NCBI RefSeq assembly: GCF_004010195.1
Contig: NC_057756.1
Span: 4,932,728-4,978,098 of the forward strand
DNA: 45,371 bases
Direction of reading: 5' to 3'
Source: Chiloscyllium plagiosum
Taxonomy: Eukaryota
Made by a program: the position numbers and the translations under genes. Shown here piece after piece: positions 22,000 through 35,496 of this stretch. Under the pieces are notes generated by a model that had not been told where the DNA came from, did not search any database, and saw only the letters and a list, made by a program, of their open reading frames with translations. Every line of letters starts with the position of its first letter. Within the stretch, counting starts at the first letter, position 1.

Positions 22000-23560
22000 A
22001 CGTGACTGGACATGTTAAGTGCAGGAAGGATATTCCCAATGGCCTGAGAGTACACAACTAGGGGTCTCAGTCTTAAGGGTATGGGGGAAGCCATTTAGGA
22101 CTGAGGCGAAGAGACATTTCTACACACTGCTCATGGTGAAATGGTGGAATTCGCTGCCAGAGCCAATGGTTGGGGCCAAAATGCTGTATGTTTTCATAAA
22201 GGGGTTAGCTATGTTAGATTATAGTTCTGAGGGCTAAAGGGATCAAAAAGCATGGAGAGAAACCAGGAACAGGATACAGATTTGAATTTTAGATTAGAAT
22301 GGTGCTGGAAAAGCACAGCAGGCCAGGCAGCATCCGAGGAGCAGGAAAAATCGACGTTTCGGGCAAAAGCCTGATAGATTTGGATGATCAGCCATGTTTG
22401 AGTTGAATACTGTTGTTGCTCAATAAAAATGAAGGTGGTGGTGAGCTGTTATGAGCATAGAAACAGAGCATGAGGGCAGGAGTAGGCTGGATGTAAGCAT
22501 GCTCGCTGAGCTGGAAGGTTCGTTTTTAGATGTTTCAGGAGTAGGCCTTATGAGCAAATATTCAGTGTTGATGCAGCACAGCAACATGCATGGCATTATC
22601 TATAGTTTTTATTTTTGGGTATATTCTTCTACTGGTCTTGACTCTGGGTCAGTATCCCATCTTCCGATTGGAACAACAAGTAAGTGTACAGATGAGACGA
22701 AGATTGGTTGAGTTGGTAACAGTGAGGAACAAGGTCTTAGTTTGTGGGAGGCTGCAAATACGCTCTTCAGATGGGCAGATCAATAGCGAATGGAATTTAA
22801 CTTAATGAATGTGGAGGGACCTCGTAAGAAGTAATAAGATGTGGGAGCACTCAATTAAAGGCAGGGTGCTCAGAGGAACAGAGAGATGCTGGGGTGCTTG
22901 TCCACAGATCCCTGAAGGGCAGGTTAACAGATGAGTTAAGAAAACATATAGGGCACTTGAATTTTTTCAGTTGAGGCAAAGATTATGAGAGCAGATTGGT
23001 CATGTTGGAGTCATACAAGGTTCTGGTTAGCCTATAGCTGTGCGCAACGTTGGTCACCGCACTCCAGAAAGGATGTAATTACCCTGGAAGGGGGTGCAGA
23101 GGAGATTCACTAGAATGCTGCCTCTGATGGAATATTTCAGCTATGACGAGAGACTGGATAAGCTCAGATTGTTTTCCTTGGAGCAACAATGCTTGAGAAG
23201 AGATCTGATTGAGGTGTATAAGATTATGAGGGGCATGGACAGGTTGGATAGAAAGTAACTGTTACACTTCATTGAAGCATCAAGAAAAAGGGGCAATTTT
23301 GAAGTGAAAAGCAGGGTGTTTAGAGGGGATTTGTGGAAAGTAATTTTCACCCAATGTGTGTTGGGTGTCTGGGATGCACTGCAGTTGAGGTGGAAAATCT
23401 CACAACCTTTAAGAAGATGAGTACTTGAAGTGTTGAAACATTTTCAAGGTTATGGAGCTAGTGTTGGAAAGTGGGACTGGTGTAAGGTGATACTGTCTTT
23501 TTGTTAGGATAGACTTGATGGGTCAAAGTGCCTCTTCTGTATTGTATAATTCTATGATTC
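22000..23560 (+). mobile_element. Old CR1 fragments with Penelope-type inserts
   Basis: GKPFRTEAKRHFY..VKWWNSLP; GATCTGATTGAGGTGTATAAGATTATGAGGGG; Penelope repeat at ~22295-22375. Confidence 0.75.
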
Positions 23561-25109
23561 ATTAACCCTTAATGAGCTTGAGTTCATCCGAAACTCTGTT
23601 GCACATATCCCCAACCATACATCAACATTGGCTATGATCCAAGCATCCTGACTTATTATTGTCATTCTTATGTTGCAATCCCTATGCTGTCCCACCCTTT
23701 CCTAACTCAACATGGAACAGACGTAGACCATCAAGCCTGCTTCTGCCATTGGCATAGACCACTGCTGATCATTGACCTCAATGTTACTTTCCCACACTTA
23801 TATCCAAATCTCCTCATGTACATAGTCTCAATCATTTCTAAAATCTTCCTTCCCTGCTGACAAGTCGATCAGGCTCATTTATTTGGACATTGAGTGTGGG
23901 TGTTGCACTTATTGCCAAACCATAAGAGCCCTGCAAAAGTTGAAACTGTACGCTGCAGGAACCTGTAATTAGTCTCCAGTGACAAGATCAGATGAGAAAT
24001 TCCAGAGAAATGGTTGGGTGTGCCGTGTTCCAGAAAAGGGAGGCAGCATAAACTTGTATCCAATCCACTTTTGTCACAAATTAGCACAGCCTACAATGTT
24101 TTGAAATCTCAAATTGCATTTCCATAGGAACCTGAATTCAAAAACAACCTTTCAGCTTTTCAGAAGCAACAGCACAGGTTGCTGAAACAACTTAGTAGGT
24201 CTGACAGCATTTGTGGAAAGTAAGCAGAGTTAATTCTTTGTGTCCAGTGATCCTTCTTCACTATATCAAAACATGAACTCTGCTTTCTCTCCACAGATGA
24301 TGCCAGACCTGCGGAGTTTATATAGCGCTTTCTATTCTTTTTTTTCTGATTTTCAGCATCTGTCGTTCTTTTTTTCTTGTCGTCAACTTTTCCACAATGC
24401 CACATAAAGCATTACTCAGATATAACTTCCCAATCAGTCAGTGTACAATTCCAACATTGTCTTGCTGCTCACATGAGCATATTTCCACAAGGAATATTAT
24501 TAGTAAACAAAGATGTCATTGTATTGCTGGCAAATTAATGTTGCAATCTGAGGATATCCAGGATGAATTTGTTACCCCACACCCCCACCATACATTTTTT
24601 TTCCAAGTGTGTACCCAATTGTCTTTCGAAAGCTGCTATGGCAGACAGTACAAAGGAGGTTCACTGGGTTATATCCAGAAATGAGGGGTTTGCCTCAGGA
24701 GGAGACATTGAGCAGTTTCAGCCTATATTACCTGGAGTTAAAATAAATCAATGGCGATCTTATATAAGGGGGCTGAGACGGTAGATATAGAGAGAATGTT
24801 TCCCCATGTGGAGTGATCTAGAACTAGAGATCATAGTTTGAGGCTAAAGCAATGGCAGATTTGAAACAGAGATGAAGAGAAATTACTGGGGAATTCACTA
24901 TACCAAGGAGTGGTGGGGGCGCTGCGACATGAATAACTTTAAGGAGGTGATAGATAGATTTTTAATTGCTAACAGGCAAAAGGTTATGGGGAGAGGGTAG
25001 GAAAGTCGAGTTGAGGCTGTGATGAGATAAGCCATCGACATAATAAATGGCAGAGCAGGCTCAAAGGGCTGAATGGCCATCTCCTGTTCCTGTTTTCTGC
25101 AAACTGTAA

Positions 25110-26840
25110 CAACGAGTGCAAGGAGGTAGGGAATCACTAAATAAATATCTTTCATCTGTCTCCACACTGGAAAAAGATAATGTTGTCAAGGAGAATGCTG
25201 AAGTGCAGGCTACGAGACTAGATGGGATTGGGGTTCACAAGGAGGAGGTGTTATCAATCCTGGAAAGTGTGAAATACATAAGTTCCCCTATACCGGATGG
25301 GATTTATCCGAGGGTTCTCTGGGAAGCCAGGGAGGAGATTGCAGAGCCTTTGGCTTTTGTCTTTATGTCATCATTGTCTACAGGAATAGTACCAGAAGAC
25401 TGGAAGATGGCAAATGTTGTCCCCTTGTTCAAGAAGAGGGATAGAGACAACCGTGGTAATTATAGACCAGTGAGCCTTATTTCAGTTGTGGGTAAAGTGC
25501 TGGAAAAGGTTATTAGAGATAGGATTTATAATCATCAAGAAAGGAATAAGTTTATTCCTTTAACAGATTTATAGTTTGTGTTATCTGGATGGTCAACACG
25601 GTTTTGTGAAGAGTAGGTCATGCCTCACAAATCTTACTGAGTTCTTTGAGAAGGTGACCAAATTGGTGGTTGAGAGCAAAGTGGTTGATGTGGTGTTTAT
25701 GGATTTCAGTAAGGCATTTTATAAGATTCCCCATGGTAGGGCATTGCACAAAATACAGAAGAATGGGACTGAGGGTGATTTAACAGTTTGGATAAGAAAT
25801 TGGCTAGCTGTAAGAAGACAGAGGGTGGTAGTTGGTGGGAAATGTTCATCCTGGAGTTCAGTTACAAGTGGTGTGCCACAAGGTTCTGATTTGGGGTCAC
25901 TGCTGTTTGTCATTTCTATAAATGACCTGGATGAGGGTGTAGAAGGATGAGTTAATAAATTTGCAGATGATACTACGGTCGGTGAAGTTGTGGGTAGTGT
26001 CGAAGGATATTGCAGGTTACAGAGGGACACAGATAAGCTGCAGATCTGGGCCGAGAGGTGGCAAATGGAGTTTAATGTGGAAAGGTGTGAGGTGATTCAC
26101 TTTGGAAGGAGTAACAGGAATACAGAGTACTGGGCTAATGGTAAAATTCTTGGTAGTGTAGATGAGCAGAGAGATCTTGGATCCTTCAAAGTTGCCACCC
26201 AGGTTGATAGGGTTGTTAAGAAGGCATATGGTGTTTTAGCTTTTATTGGTAGAGGGATTGAGTTTCAGAGCCATGAGGTTATGTTGCAGCTATATAAAAC
26301 TATTGTGTGGTCGCACTTAGAGTGTCATGTACAGTTCTGGTCACCACATTGTAGGAAGGATGTGGAAGTGTTGTAAAGGGTTCAGAGGAGATTTACTAGG
26401 ATGTTGCCTGGTATGGAGGGAAGGTCTTATGAGGAAAAACTAAGTGACTTGAGGCTGTTTTCATCAGAGAGAAGAAGGTTGAGAGATGAGTTAATTGAGA
26501 CATATAAGATAATCAGAGGATTAGATCGGGTGGACAGTGAGAGCCTTTTTCCTCGGATGGTGGTGCCTAGCACAAGGGCTAGCACAAGCTTTAAATTGAG
26601 GGGTGATAGATACAAGGCAGATGTCAGAGGTAGTTTCTTTACTCAGAGAGTAGTAGGGGTGTGGAATGCCTGGCCTTCAATAGTAGTAGACTCGCCAACT
26701 TTAAGGGCATTCAAATTGTCATTGGATAAACATATGAATGAAAATGAAATAGTGTAGGTTAGATGGTCTGCAGATTGGTTTCATAACATAAAGGGCTGAA
26801 GGGCTTGTTCTGCACTATAATGTTCGATGTTCGATGTTCT
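25110..26840 (+). mobile_element. 5'-truncated CR1 LINE, RT domain to 3' tail, with stops and frameshifts
   Basis: PDGIYPRVL, PEDWKMANVVPLFKK, NYRPVSL, QHGF, DFSKAF, SGVPQGS, FADDT (~25960), WQMEFN, FFTQRVVGVWN. Confidence 0.95.
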
Positions 26841-26869
26841 AACTACACTAACAGGCATTCCAGCCCAAA

Positions 26870-27385
26870 TCCTAACCAATCAATGCGGATACTTCCTGTA
26901 CCCCTATGAGTAGTTAAAGGTGAGAAGCTGTCCTTGTGTGATTGTAACAGCGCCCAGAACAGAAACGGTAGATGGCGAAATTGTCTGTCGGTAGAAAAAA
27001 AGATAATGCTGCACTGATTTTGAACATGTTTAACCCAATCCCTGTTGATCAGCTGAGTCTCAGCGTTAACAGTGTCTGTCGATAATAAAGTGCTATGTAA
27101 TGCACTTCGACATAATTTAAGAATGAAGTATATTGTTAGAAAAGGAAAAGATGGGAGCTGAAAGTGTCGATCGACTTCCAGATTTGATGATGACAAACGC
27201 CACAATAGAAGCAATGGCGGCCACTACTCCCACAAGCCCCAGCGATTGCGAAAGGTCTCTATCAGTGACACAGGCCTCGCCGCTTTCTGGGAGGGTGAAC
27301 CAGGCGCACACGGACCGCTTTCGGGCTTGCCGACTCCAGCGCCTGCGCACTATGTGCCACGCTGAAACAAGCGCGCGCATTTAAA
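26870..27385. promoter_or_regulatory. CpG-enriched putative promoter (alternative: transmembrane exon, see findings)
   Basis: CCAAT at 26876, ETS-like ACTTCCTGT at 26891, YY1-like AATGGCGGC at 27213, ZNF143-like ACTACTCCCACAAGCCCC at 27223, NRF1-like GCGCCTGCGCA at 27339; visibly more CpG than the flanks. Confidence 0.5.
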
Positions 27386-28675
27386 GGGGAAAGAGATTGA
27401 AATGGAGGTTGGGGAAGTTATTGGGAAGGGGGAATCAAGATTGGCAGAAAGGTCAGGGTGGGGTAAGGGAATAGGAGGATACAGATGGCAGAGACCGGGG
27501 CATGGGATTGGAATTTAGGGGGAGTTTTTAGGCTGGAGAGGTGAGGGATCAGGATGATTGGGATTTGGAGTCGTTTGCATTTGGGCAAGGTTCAGGATGG
27601 ATGGGATAAGGAACAGAGGGTGAGGGACTTTGGGGGTCGTGTTTCGGGGTGTATTAGGATTGGAAGTGTTGGGACTCAAGGAGGGTTGGGGTCAGGACTT
27701 CAAGGTGTGNNNNNNNNNNNNNNNNNNNNNNNNNNNNNNNNNNNNNNNNNNNNNNNNNNNNNNNNNNNNNNNNNNNNNNNNNNNNNNNNNNNNNNNNNNN
27801 NNNNNNNNNNNNNNNNNNNNNNNNNNNNNNNNNNNNNNNNNNNNNNNNNNNNNNNNNNNNNNNNNNNNNNNNNNNNNNNNNNNNNNNNNNNNNNNNNNNN
27901 NNNNNNNNNNNNNNNNNNNNNNNNNNNNNNNNNNNNNNNNNNNNNNNNNNNNNNNNNNNNNNNNNNNNNNNNNNNNNNNNNNNNNNNNNNNNNNNNNNNN
28001 NNNNNNNNNNNNNNNNNNNNNNNNNNNNNNNNNNNNNNNNNNNNNNNNNNNNNNNNNNNNNNNNNNNNNNNNNNNNNNNNNNNNNNNNNNNNNNNNNNNN
28101 NNNNNNNNNNNNNNNNNNNNNNNNNNNNNNNNNNNNNNNNNNNNNNNNNNNNNNNNNNNNNNNNNNNNNNNNNNNNNNNNNNNNNNNNNNNNNNNNGTTT
28201 GGAGGGATCAGGATTAGGTAAGTGATTGATATTGGAGTGGTGATAGGATTGGGGGATAAGGATTTGGGGAGAAGAGATTGGGATTTTGGGGGAAGTCTTT
28301 GAGATTTGGGAAAGGTTGTTGCGATTGGGGAATCAGTATGAGCAGGAGATTGGGATTGAGGTGATGATTGGAATTTTGGAATGGAAGAGATTGGGGAGAA
28401 AGGGATTAGGATAAGCAAAGAGATCGGGACTAGGGGAGAAGTTTGGGGCTGGAGAGGGGATATGAATTGGGATTTGAGTAGGATGCAATAGGGCAGAGTT
28501 CAGGATGGGTGAGATCAGGATTAGATTGAAGTGGGACTGGGAGGACCTGTTTAGAGAGGGTGTGGGTCAGGACGAGAGTTGATGGGACTCTAAGGGGGCC
28601 AAGAATTGAGGGTATGGGGAACAGGGAGCTGGGAGAGTGTTTCAGGAAAAGGATGGGATGTGTTGCAAGAGGGGA
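27386..28675 (+). repeat. G/A-rich low-complexity tract spanning an assembly gap
   Basis: Recurrent GGGATT/TTGGGG/GAGATTGGG words with very few C on both sides of the gap at 27710-28196. Confidence 0.75.
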
Positions 28676-29399
28676 CCTCTCCTCTCTTCCTCACCTCCCA
28701 CCAGACTCCCAATTCTCACCTTCTCCCAATCCCCTTGTCTGTACCCCCCAAATATTCCCTCCTCCTCCTCACGGCTCCTGTCTCTCTGCCACGGAACATT
28801 GTCACCTTTTTTTTGGATTAGCAGTAGGCCACAGCTGCGTGTATCAGCAAACAATGTGCACCCGAAAGAAAGGAGTCAAGATGTCTGCATCCCACCCTGG
28901 GCTGGGATGGGATGTGAGGTCTGACAAACAGAGGAAGCCTGGTGACAGGAGGCCACAACATGTGGTCCTCCTGTAGTAACACTCTTCTGCCTGTGTGCTG
29001 CACTGTTGCTCCACTGAAAGCAACACAGAAATGCTTGATTGCTGGGCATCTCCAGTGAGCAACCAAATGTACAGTTACTGCTGGTTACTTTCCCAAATTT
29101 GTCTCTCAATATCACGCAAAATCTGGATCCTTGGTTTGCCTCCACAGAGGGTCATTTCTGAACAGCAGGTTTGCTTTTAAACGCTCTACTGAAAAGTGGA
29201 ATAGCTGATGCACCTCACTTACAATCCATTGCAATTGTTAATTCCAAATCAGTCTACTTTGGGTTCGAAGACACTCTATTGATCAGGATACAACTGCCAA
29301 AGCAATATCTGGCACTGACGGTAAGACATAGGAGCAGAATTAAGTCATTCAGCCCATCAGATCTGCTGTGCCATTCAATTAGATCATAGCTGCTTTAAT

Positions 29400-29520
29400 A
29401 ATCCTGATGAAGGGCTTATGCCCGAAACTTTGACTCTCCTGCTCCGCGGATGCTGCCTGACCTGCTGTGCTTTTCCAGCACCACGCTCTGATCTCCAACA
29501 TCTGCAGTCCTCACTTTCTG
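29400..29520 (+). mobile_element. Penelope-type terminal repeat with hammerhead core
   Basis: CTGATGA-A-GGGC-TTAT-GCCC-GAAAC at 29404-29428. Confidence 0.75.
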
Positions 29521-29809
29521 CTGTTTTACTAATCCTCAATAGTCAGGTGGCAGGCTGGATGAACACAGCAAGCCAGGCAGCATCAGGAGGTGGAGAAGTC
29601 AATATATCGGGTTTAATAATCCTCAAGTCCACTTTTCTGCCTTTTCCCCACAAACCTTTGCTCATAACCTTTTCCCCACACCTCTCTGGTAGTTTTAGAC
29701 ATACTTCTGTGTTAGAACAGACAAGTTAATATTTCAAGTTGGATCTCTCTGTTTAAAACTGGAAGTCACTTTAGTTAAAGCATAATTACAAAACGAGAAC
29801 TGAAGTGGA

Positions 29810-30205
29810 AACATATAGGAAGGACGTCGTGAAACGTGAAAGGATTAAGAAAATATTTACAAAGGTGTTGTCCGGGTTGAAGACTTTGAGCTATAGGGAG
29901 AGGCTGGGGCTGTTTTCCCTGGAGTGTCGGGGAGGTTGAAGGGTGACCTTATAGAGGTTTATAAAATCATGAGGGGCATGGATAGGTTAAATAGACAAAG
30001 TCTTTTCCCTGGGATGGGGGAGTCCAGAACTAGAGGGCATAGGTTTAGGGTGAGAGGGGAAAGATATAAAGGATGGGTATATGAATAGGAAGGGTTTGGA
30101 GGGATATGGGCTGGGTGCTGGTAAGTGGGACTAGGATAATTTTTAGATATCTGATCGGCATGGATGAAATGTACCAAAGGGTCTGTTCTGTGCATCTTAT
30201 GACCC
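29810..30205 (+). mobile_element. CR1 3' fragment
   Basis: GGTGACCTTATAGAGGTTTATAAAATCATGAGGGGCATGGATAGG and tail. Confidence 0.88.
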
Positions 30206-33200
30206 GATATCAGAAAACAAAGAAAAAAGTGCTTACTTAGTGATTGAGAAATGTTTGAATGAGAGAAGTGATAATAGTATCTAAAAGCCGAGGAGTAGAG
30301 ATCACTGCTTAAATCTTGGGGACCACGCATTTAAAACAGAGATTAGGCCTAGTTTTATTGAATCACAAAAGATGATGAGTCCTTGGAATTCTCTTCCTGA
30401 ATCGGCGATGGAAGCGTGGCCGCTTGTTCACCTCGACTGATCGTTATCCACTTCTTTGTCTGTCTCTCTCTTTCTCTCTTTGGGCTCTATCTTTCCACCT
30501 ATCATTGACTCCTTACCCCTACCCTATCTTCTGCACAAAAAACAACATTTTCCTTGCTATTTCCTGGCCATCAGTTCTGAGGAAGGGTCACTGAACCTGA
30601 AACATTAATGCTGCCAGACCTGCTGAGCCTTCTCAATAATTTCTGTTTTCATGTCCTATTTCCATCATCTGCGTTCTTTCAGTTTTTATTTGGTAAAAGC
30701 AGAGTTTTGGACTATTTCTAAGGCAGCATTGGATAAGTCATCGTTGAGCAAAGTGGACTAAAGGTTACCGGGGTCAGAATGAAGATGGATTTGAAGGTAC
30801 CCTGAAATCAACCGTGATCTAATGAGATGGCAGGGCCAGTTCAAGGGGCTGAATGGCCTCCTGCTTCCATCCTTGTATGTGGTGACACTCAAAAGTCGGA
30901 GCGAGTTCAGTCGGTCCCGAAGGCACTCAAGTCATGCCATGCTCCAAACCAAAACAGTCAAAACCAAAGATGTAGACCATCCCATCAGTGCTGATGGAGG
31001 GACCAAAATCTGATCACTCCCCCCTCAAATCCATGATCCTGTCAGCCCACAATGAGTAGGAAAAGGTAGGAGGTCTGAGATTATTACGGAACTCGCTGTT
31101 ATGGCAAAGTAGTTACAGAATTTTGGATAGATGGAATAAAATCAAACCCTATTTCAATTTAACGTCTGGTCCACTGACGTCTTTAAGGGAAGCAAACCTG
31201 CCTACACATGATTCCAGACCGACATGTTGACTACTCTCTAAGCGGGTAACTGAACAGAACTCTGACTGTCTCCAACCAGCTGAAAGTTGCAATGAAGGAA
31301 AACGCTGTTTGTCAAAGGGAGCAACATTCTGCCTGTAATAAGCATCACAGTCCCAGTGAAAGATTGCACTGACTGTCAGAGGGAACAGCACTCCCACGGT
31401 GTCGAGTCAGCATTACAGGACCTCCACAACCACCTGATGAAGGAGCAGCACTCCAAAAGTTAAGTGCTTCCAAATAAACCTGTTGGACTGTAACCTGGTG
31501 TTGTGTGATTTTTAACTTTGTCCGCCCTAGATCAAAGCCGGCACTTCCAAGTCCCAGTGAACCATTCAAAGGAAACAGCACTCTTGATTTTTTTTTATTG
31601 CAAAGATAAATTCAGAAAGAAATCTGTATGTAACTACACAGTTACTAAAGCGGTTCAGTGCAATGTTTGCAAATCGAGAATATAATCGTTGGATCCGATA
31701 TTGCCTGTGTTTGGAAAAACCAAAGGCATTTCTTTCTCATGCAGGGCACTATTTACATACATTGAGGCAACAAGACGCTCTGATAGCTGAATGGATCCCA
31801 CTGTACTTTTACAGATGGATCTTAAACAGTGGTCTTTCCCCACTGCCCCTTGGCAGTAGCTGCCCCACCTTTAGTGCATCCCTCAGCACTAGTCTCGGAC
31901 TTTGGAATGTGCCAGTCCGCAACTCCCGGTCAGGGCCAACTCCGTGCCGTGGAAGACCAGCAAGATTCAGGAAAACTAAAGAGCGCCTCCCACTGAGCTG
32001 ATGGTCCCCCAGGCGCAGCCAATGCTTGTCTCAGTGTGCATCCTGGGGAACAGACCGTACAGGACACAGTCCCACGTCATGGAGCTTCTCGGGACGAAAC
32101 TCAATACAAACCACAGCATCTTCCTCCAGACTTCCTTGACCATAGGCACATTCCAGTAGGAGATGTGTGACAGTCTCTAATCCCCGCAGCCACTTTGAGG
32201 TGAGGCAGACCAACTGGGAAGGAACTCGCAGGTGGTGCCCTGCGCACCACTAGCCAAACAAGGGCTTGTGCCTGTTGGAAGGTTCTGGTGATGAGGCATT
32301 CTGCCCAATGACTTTGGCAGTCTGCTCAAGAAACCACGTGACAGGACCCGGCCTCTCCTTTTCCCTCAGGGTCTCGAGGACGCCACGTGCAGACCACTTC
32401 CTAATGGAGGGGTGGTCAAAAGGGTTGCCTTTCACGGAATTTTCCACAAGGGACAATTACTTGGAGTGTTCCACAGCAACAAGGCCAGTCCCATCCTTCG
32501 CAAGCTTTTGGACAGGTCGAACCTCAGTACACAGTGACACTTGGCGTTTGCGTACTGAGGGTCTGTGCACTGCTTGATGCAGCCACACATAAAGGTGGCC
32601 ATCAGGGTGAGGGTGGTGGTGGTGGGGAAATTCATTCCCCCGCTTATCCAGATCTTTGTACATGGAGTCCCTGCAGACCCCGTCCAGCTTCGACCTCCCG
32701 ATGAAGTGGAAGATGGTAATGGTGCAGGTTCTGGGAACGGGCCCGTCCTGCACCACATACAACAACAGAGAGAGCCCCTCAAATCTGATGGCCAGGTTTT
32801 TGCCCGCAGAGCTCCCAAAAGCCCAGTTTCTGCCTCATCTTGGTAATAAGCTCCTCCCAAGTTACTTCAGCCCCTCTGAACGAGATTCCCAGCACCTTCA
32901 GGTAATCCATCCTGACGGTGAAGGGGATAAAGGATCAGTTGGACCAGTTCCCAAAGAACGTGGCCTCGCCCTTGCCTCGATTGCCCTTGGCTCCTGAGGC
33001 TAGTTCGGGGTGCTGCCTGACCTGCTGTGCTTTTCCAGCAAAACACTCTCAACTCTGGTCACAGATTCCCAAAAGTCTGTGCACTGACAGTGGATCCAAG
33101 CAGAAAACAGTGATGTCATCCATGTACAGGAAGGCCTTAATCTGCAGGCCCACACTGACTGGAATAGTCATCCTCTCAGGCTCGCAGCATGCCTGATGGA

Positions 33201-33477
33201 CTCAGCAAAGGGATCTAGACAACACCCAAACAAGGCAGGAGGAAGTGGGCAGCCCAGACGGACTCCGGATTTATCGGGAAATTTTCTGATTCCCACCCAT
33301 TGATTCAGACCGAACTAACAATGTTGGTGGAGAGCAGTCGGATCCAATTGCAGATTCTCTCCCCCAAAGCCCATTTTAGAGAGCACGTCCTACATGTAGG
33401 GGTGTGATGTCGGGTAAAAAGTCGCCTCCTGGTCCAGGCTGATGAGGCAGGCACATAACCCCATGCACTGTATGAAG

Positions 33478-34198
33478 GCAATCATATCTGTGTGGAGCGC
33501 GGGTCTCTCAGACACTGTCCTGTATGTAGGCGATCATATCCGTGTGGAGCGCGAGGCTCTCAGAGACTGTCCTGTATGTAGGCGATCATATCCGTGTGGA
33601 GCGCGGGACCCTCAGAGACTATCCTGTATGTAGGCGATCGTATCTATGTCGAGTGCGGGTCACTCAGAGACTGTCCTGTATGTAGGCGACCTTATCCATG
33701 TGGAGCGTGGAGATCTCAGAGACTGTCCTGTATGTAGGCGATCGTATCTATGTCGAGTGCGGGTCACTCAGAGACTGTCCTGTATGTAGGCGATCTTATC
33801 CGTGTGGAGTGCGAGGCTCTCAGAGACTGTCCTGTAGGTGGGTCATCGTATCTGTGTGGAGCGTGAGGCTCTCAGAGACTGTCCTGTATGTGGGCGATCA
33901 TATCCGTGTGGAGCACGAGGCTCTCAGAGACTGTTCTGTATGTAGGCGATCGTATCCATGTGGAGCGCGAGGCTCTCAGAGACTGTCCTGCATGTAGGCG
34001 ATCGTATTCGTGTGGTGTACGGGACTCTCAGAGACTGTCCTGAATGTAGGCGATCGTATCCGTGTGGAGCGCGAGACTCTCAGAGACTGTCCTGAATGTA
34101 GGCGATCGTATTCGTGTGGAGCGCGAGACTCTCAGAGACTGTCCTGTATGTAGGCGATCGTATCCGTGTGGAGCGCGAGACTCTCAGAGACTGTCCTG
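33478..34198. repeat. 52-bp minisatellite (~14 copies) derived from Tx1 RT coding sequence
   Basis: Unit CTCAGAGACTGTCCTGTATGTAGGCGATCGTATCCGTGTGGAGCGCGAGACT. Confidence 0.95.
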
Positions 34199-35496
34199 CC
34201 CGGTACAGTCCAGGTGTGGTCAGGGTGACTTATCGATTCCAGCGCCGACCTAACTTTTTAGCAATGACCTCAGACTGGATTTTGTAATCTGCACTCAGCA
34301 ATGAGATTGGTCATCCATTTCTAATTTCCTCCCGTGTTCTCTTCCTTTTGTCAATGAAGGTGATGATGCCTTTCCTCATAGATTTGTACATTGCTACCTG
34401 ACCGGAAACACGCTGTCATTAACCTTGAGCAGGTCCTGACCAACCGTGTCCCACAGAGCTGAACGAAAGTCAGCTGGTTAGCCATCGCTTCCAGGAGTTG
34501 TATTATTTTCTAAGAACCCAAGGGCTCTGTTCAGCTCATCCAGAGATAGCGGCTGGTCCAGCCTTTTCCCGCCCGGGGTTTCCTCTGCGATCGTGGTCAT
34601 GGGCGACTGTGAAGCTGCACTGTCTGGGTGCTTCATGTCTTGGATAAAAGGATATATTGATGTGAGACTGAGGTGGCATTAACGAGCTACCCTTCAGGCT
34701 GCTGAGCAGGGAGCTCTTCCTCTGCACCTTCTGGAAGAAGAAACGTGAGCATCGTGTTACACGGTGCGGATTCTGGACTGGACGATTATCTTGGACGTCT
34801 TCACGGATTGCTGTCTCTTCAACTCCTGGAGATTCTCCATGACGTCGACCCCCATCATCTGCAGCAGGAGTCCCTTCTGCATGCCTTTTTAGAGTTTGGA
34901 TAGTTTTGCCCATCTCTCTGTCACCTTCTGAACACCTTTGAGGATAAAGAAACTTTCGGACGTTCCCCTTGACCATCTCCCAACGTCGGCCCAAGGAGGG
35001 GCTTCACGGTCCTCCAACCTGTCCAATCACCTTTGAGACCCTCATTGTTTTCTGGGGTCAACGGTTTCATGTTCAGCTTCCACCTTCCCATGCCAGCCCT
35101 CTGGTTGTGCTGCAGTGAGAGTTGGCCAGCAGGAGGCAGCGGTCAGAGAAGGGCATTGGCTTGACTTCGGTGGATTTGACTGAGATAGTACAGGACGCAA
35201 ACAGGAATTCTATCTTTGAATTGTCTGCGGGGGGGGGGGAGATATCGTGCAGCTTGGTGACCATTTCCATCAGGAATCTCTGGAGCCCAGTTTGCTGTCC
35301 GCCCCTCCATATGTACTGCAGGCCACTCACTCTGTACAGCCGGGGGCGGGGGGCGGCTTACATGGTAACAAGTCTGAGGGGGGCATTTTTGAAGGATGCA
35401 CCCACCCTCCACTTCCTTAACGTCAGGGATGGTGACGTTGCCTCTTCCCAGCTGGGCCGGAGGGACGTCTGTCATACCGCCCTGACCAAATCAAAG

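Noticed and set aside
23875..24135. Fourth V exon or terminal exon (acceptor-like GAATTCAG, ATPTLNVQ, AATAAA)
   Set aside because: Stops in all frames near the start and no convincing run of V motifs; left unresolved
25116..26757. Functional reverse transcriptase gene
   Set aside because: 5'-truncated CR1 ORF2 with multiple stops and frameshifts
28800..29160. Exon in unique-looking sequence
   Set aside because: No recognisable peptide in any frame and no consistent splice pair
33478..34198. CRISPR-like array, or a Cys-rich repeat protein (RDCPVCRRSYPCG)
   Set aside because: Units are contiguous with no unique spacers. The 52-bp period rotates frames and introduces stops, and the unit derives from Tx1 RT on the other strand.
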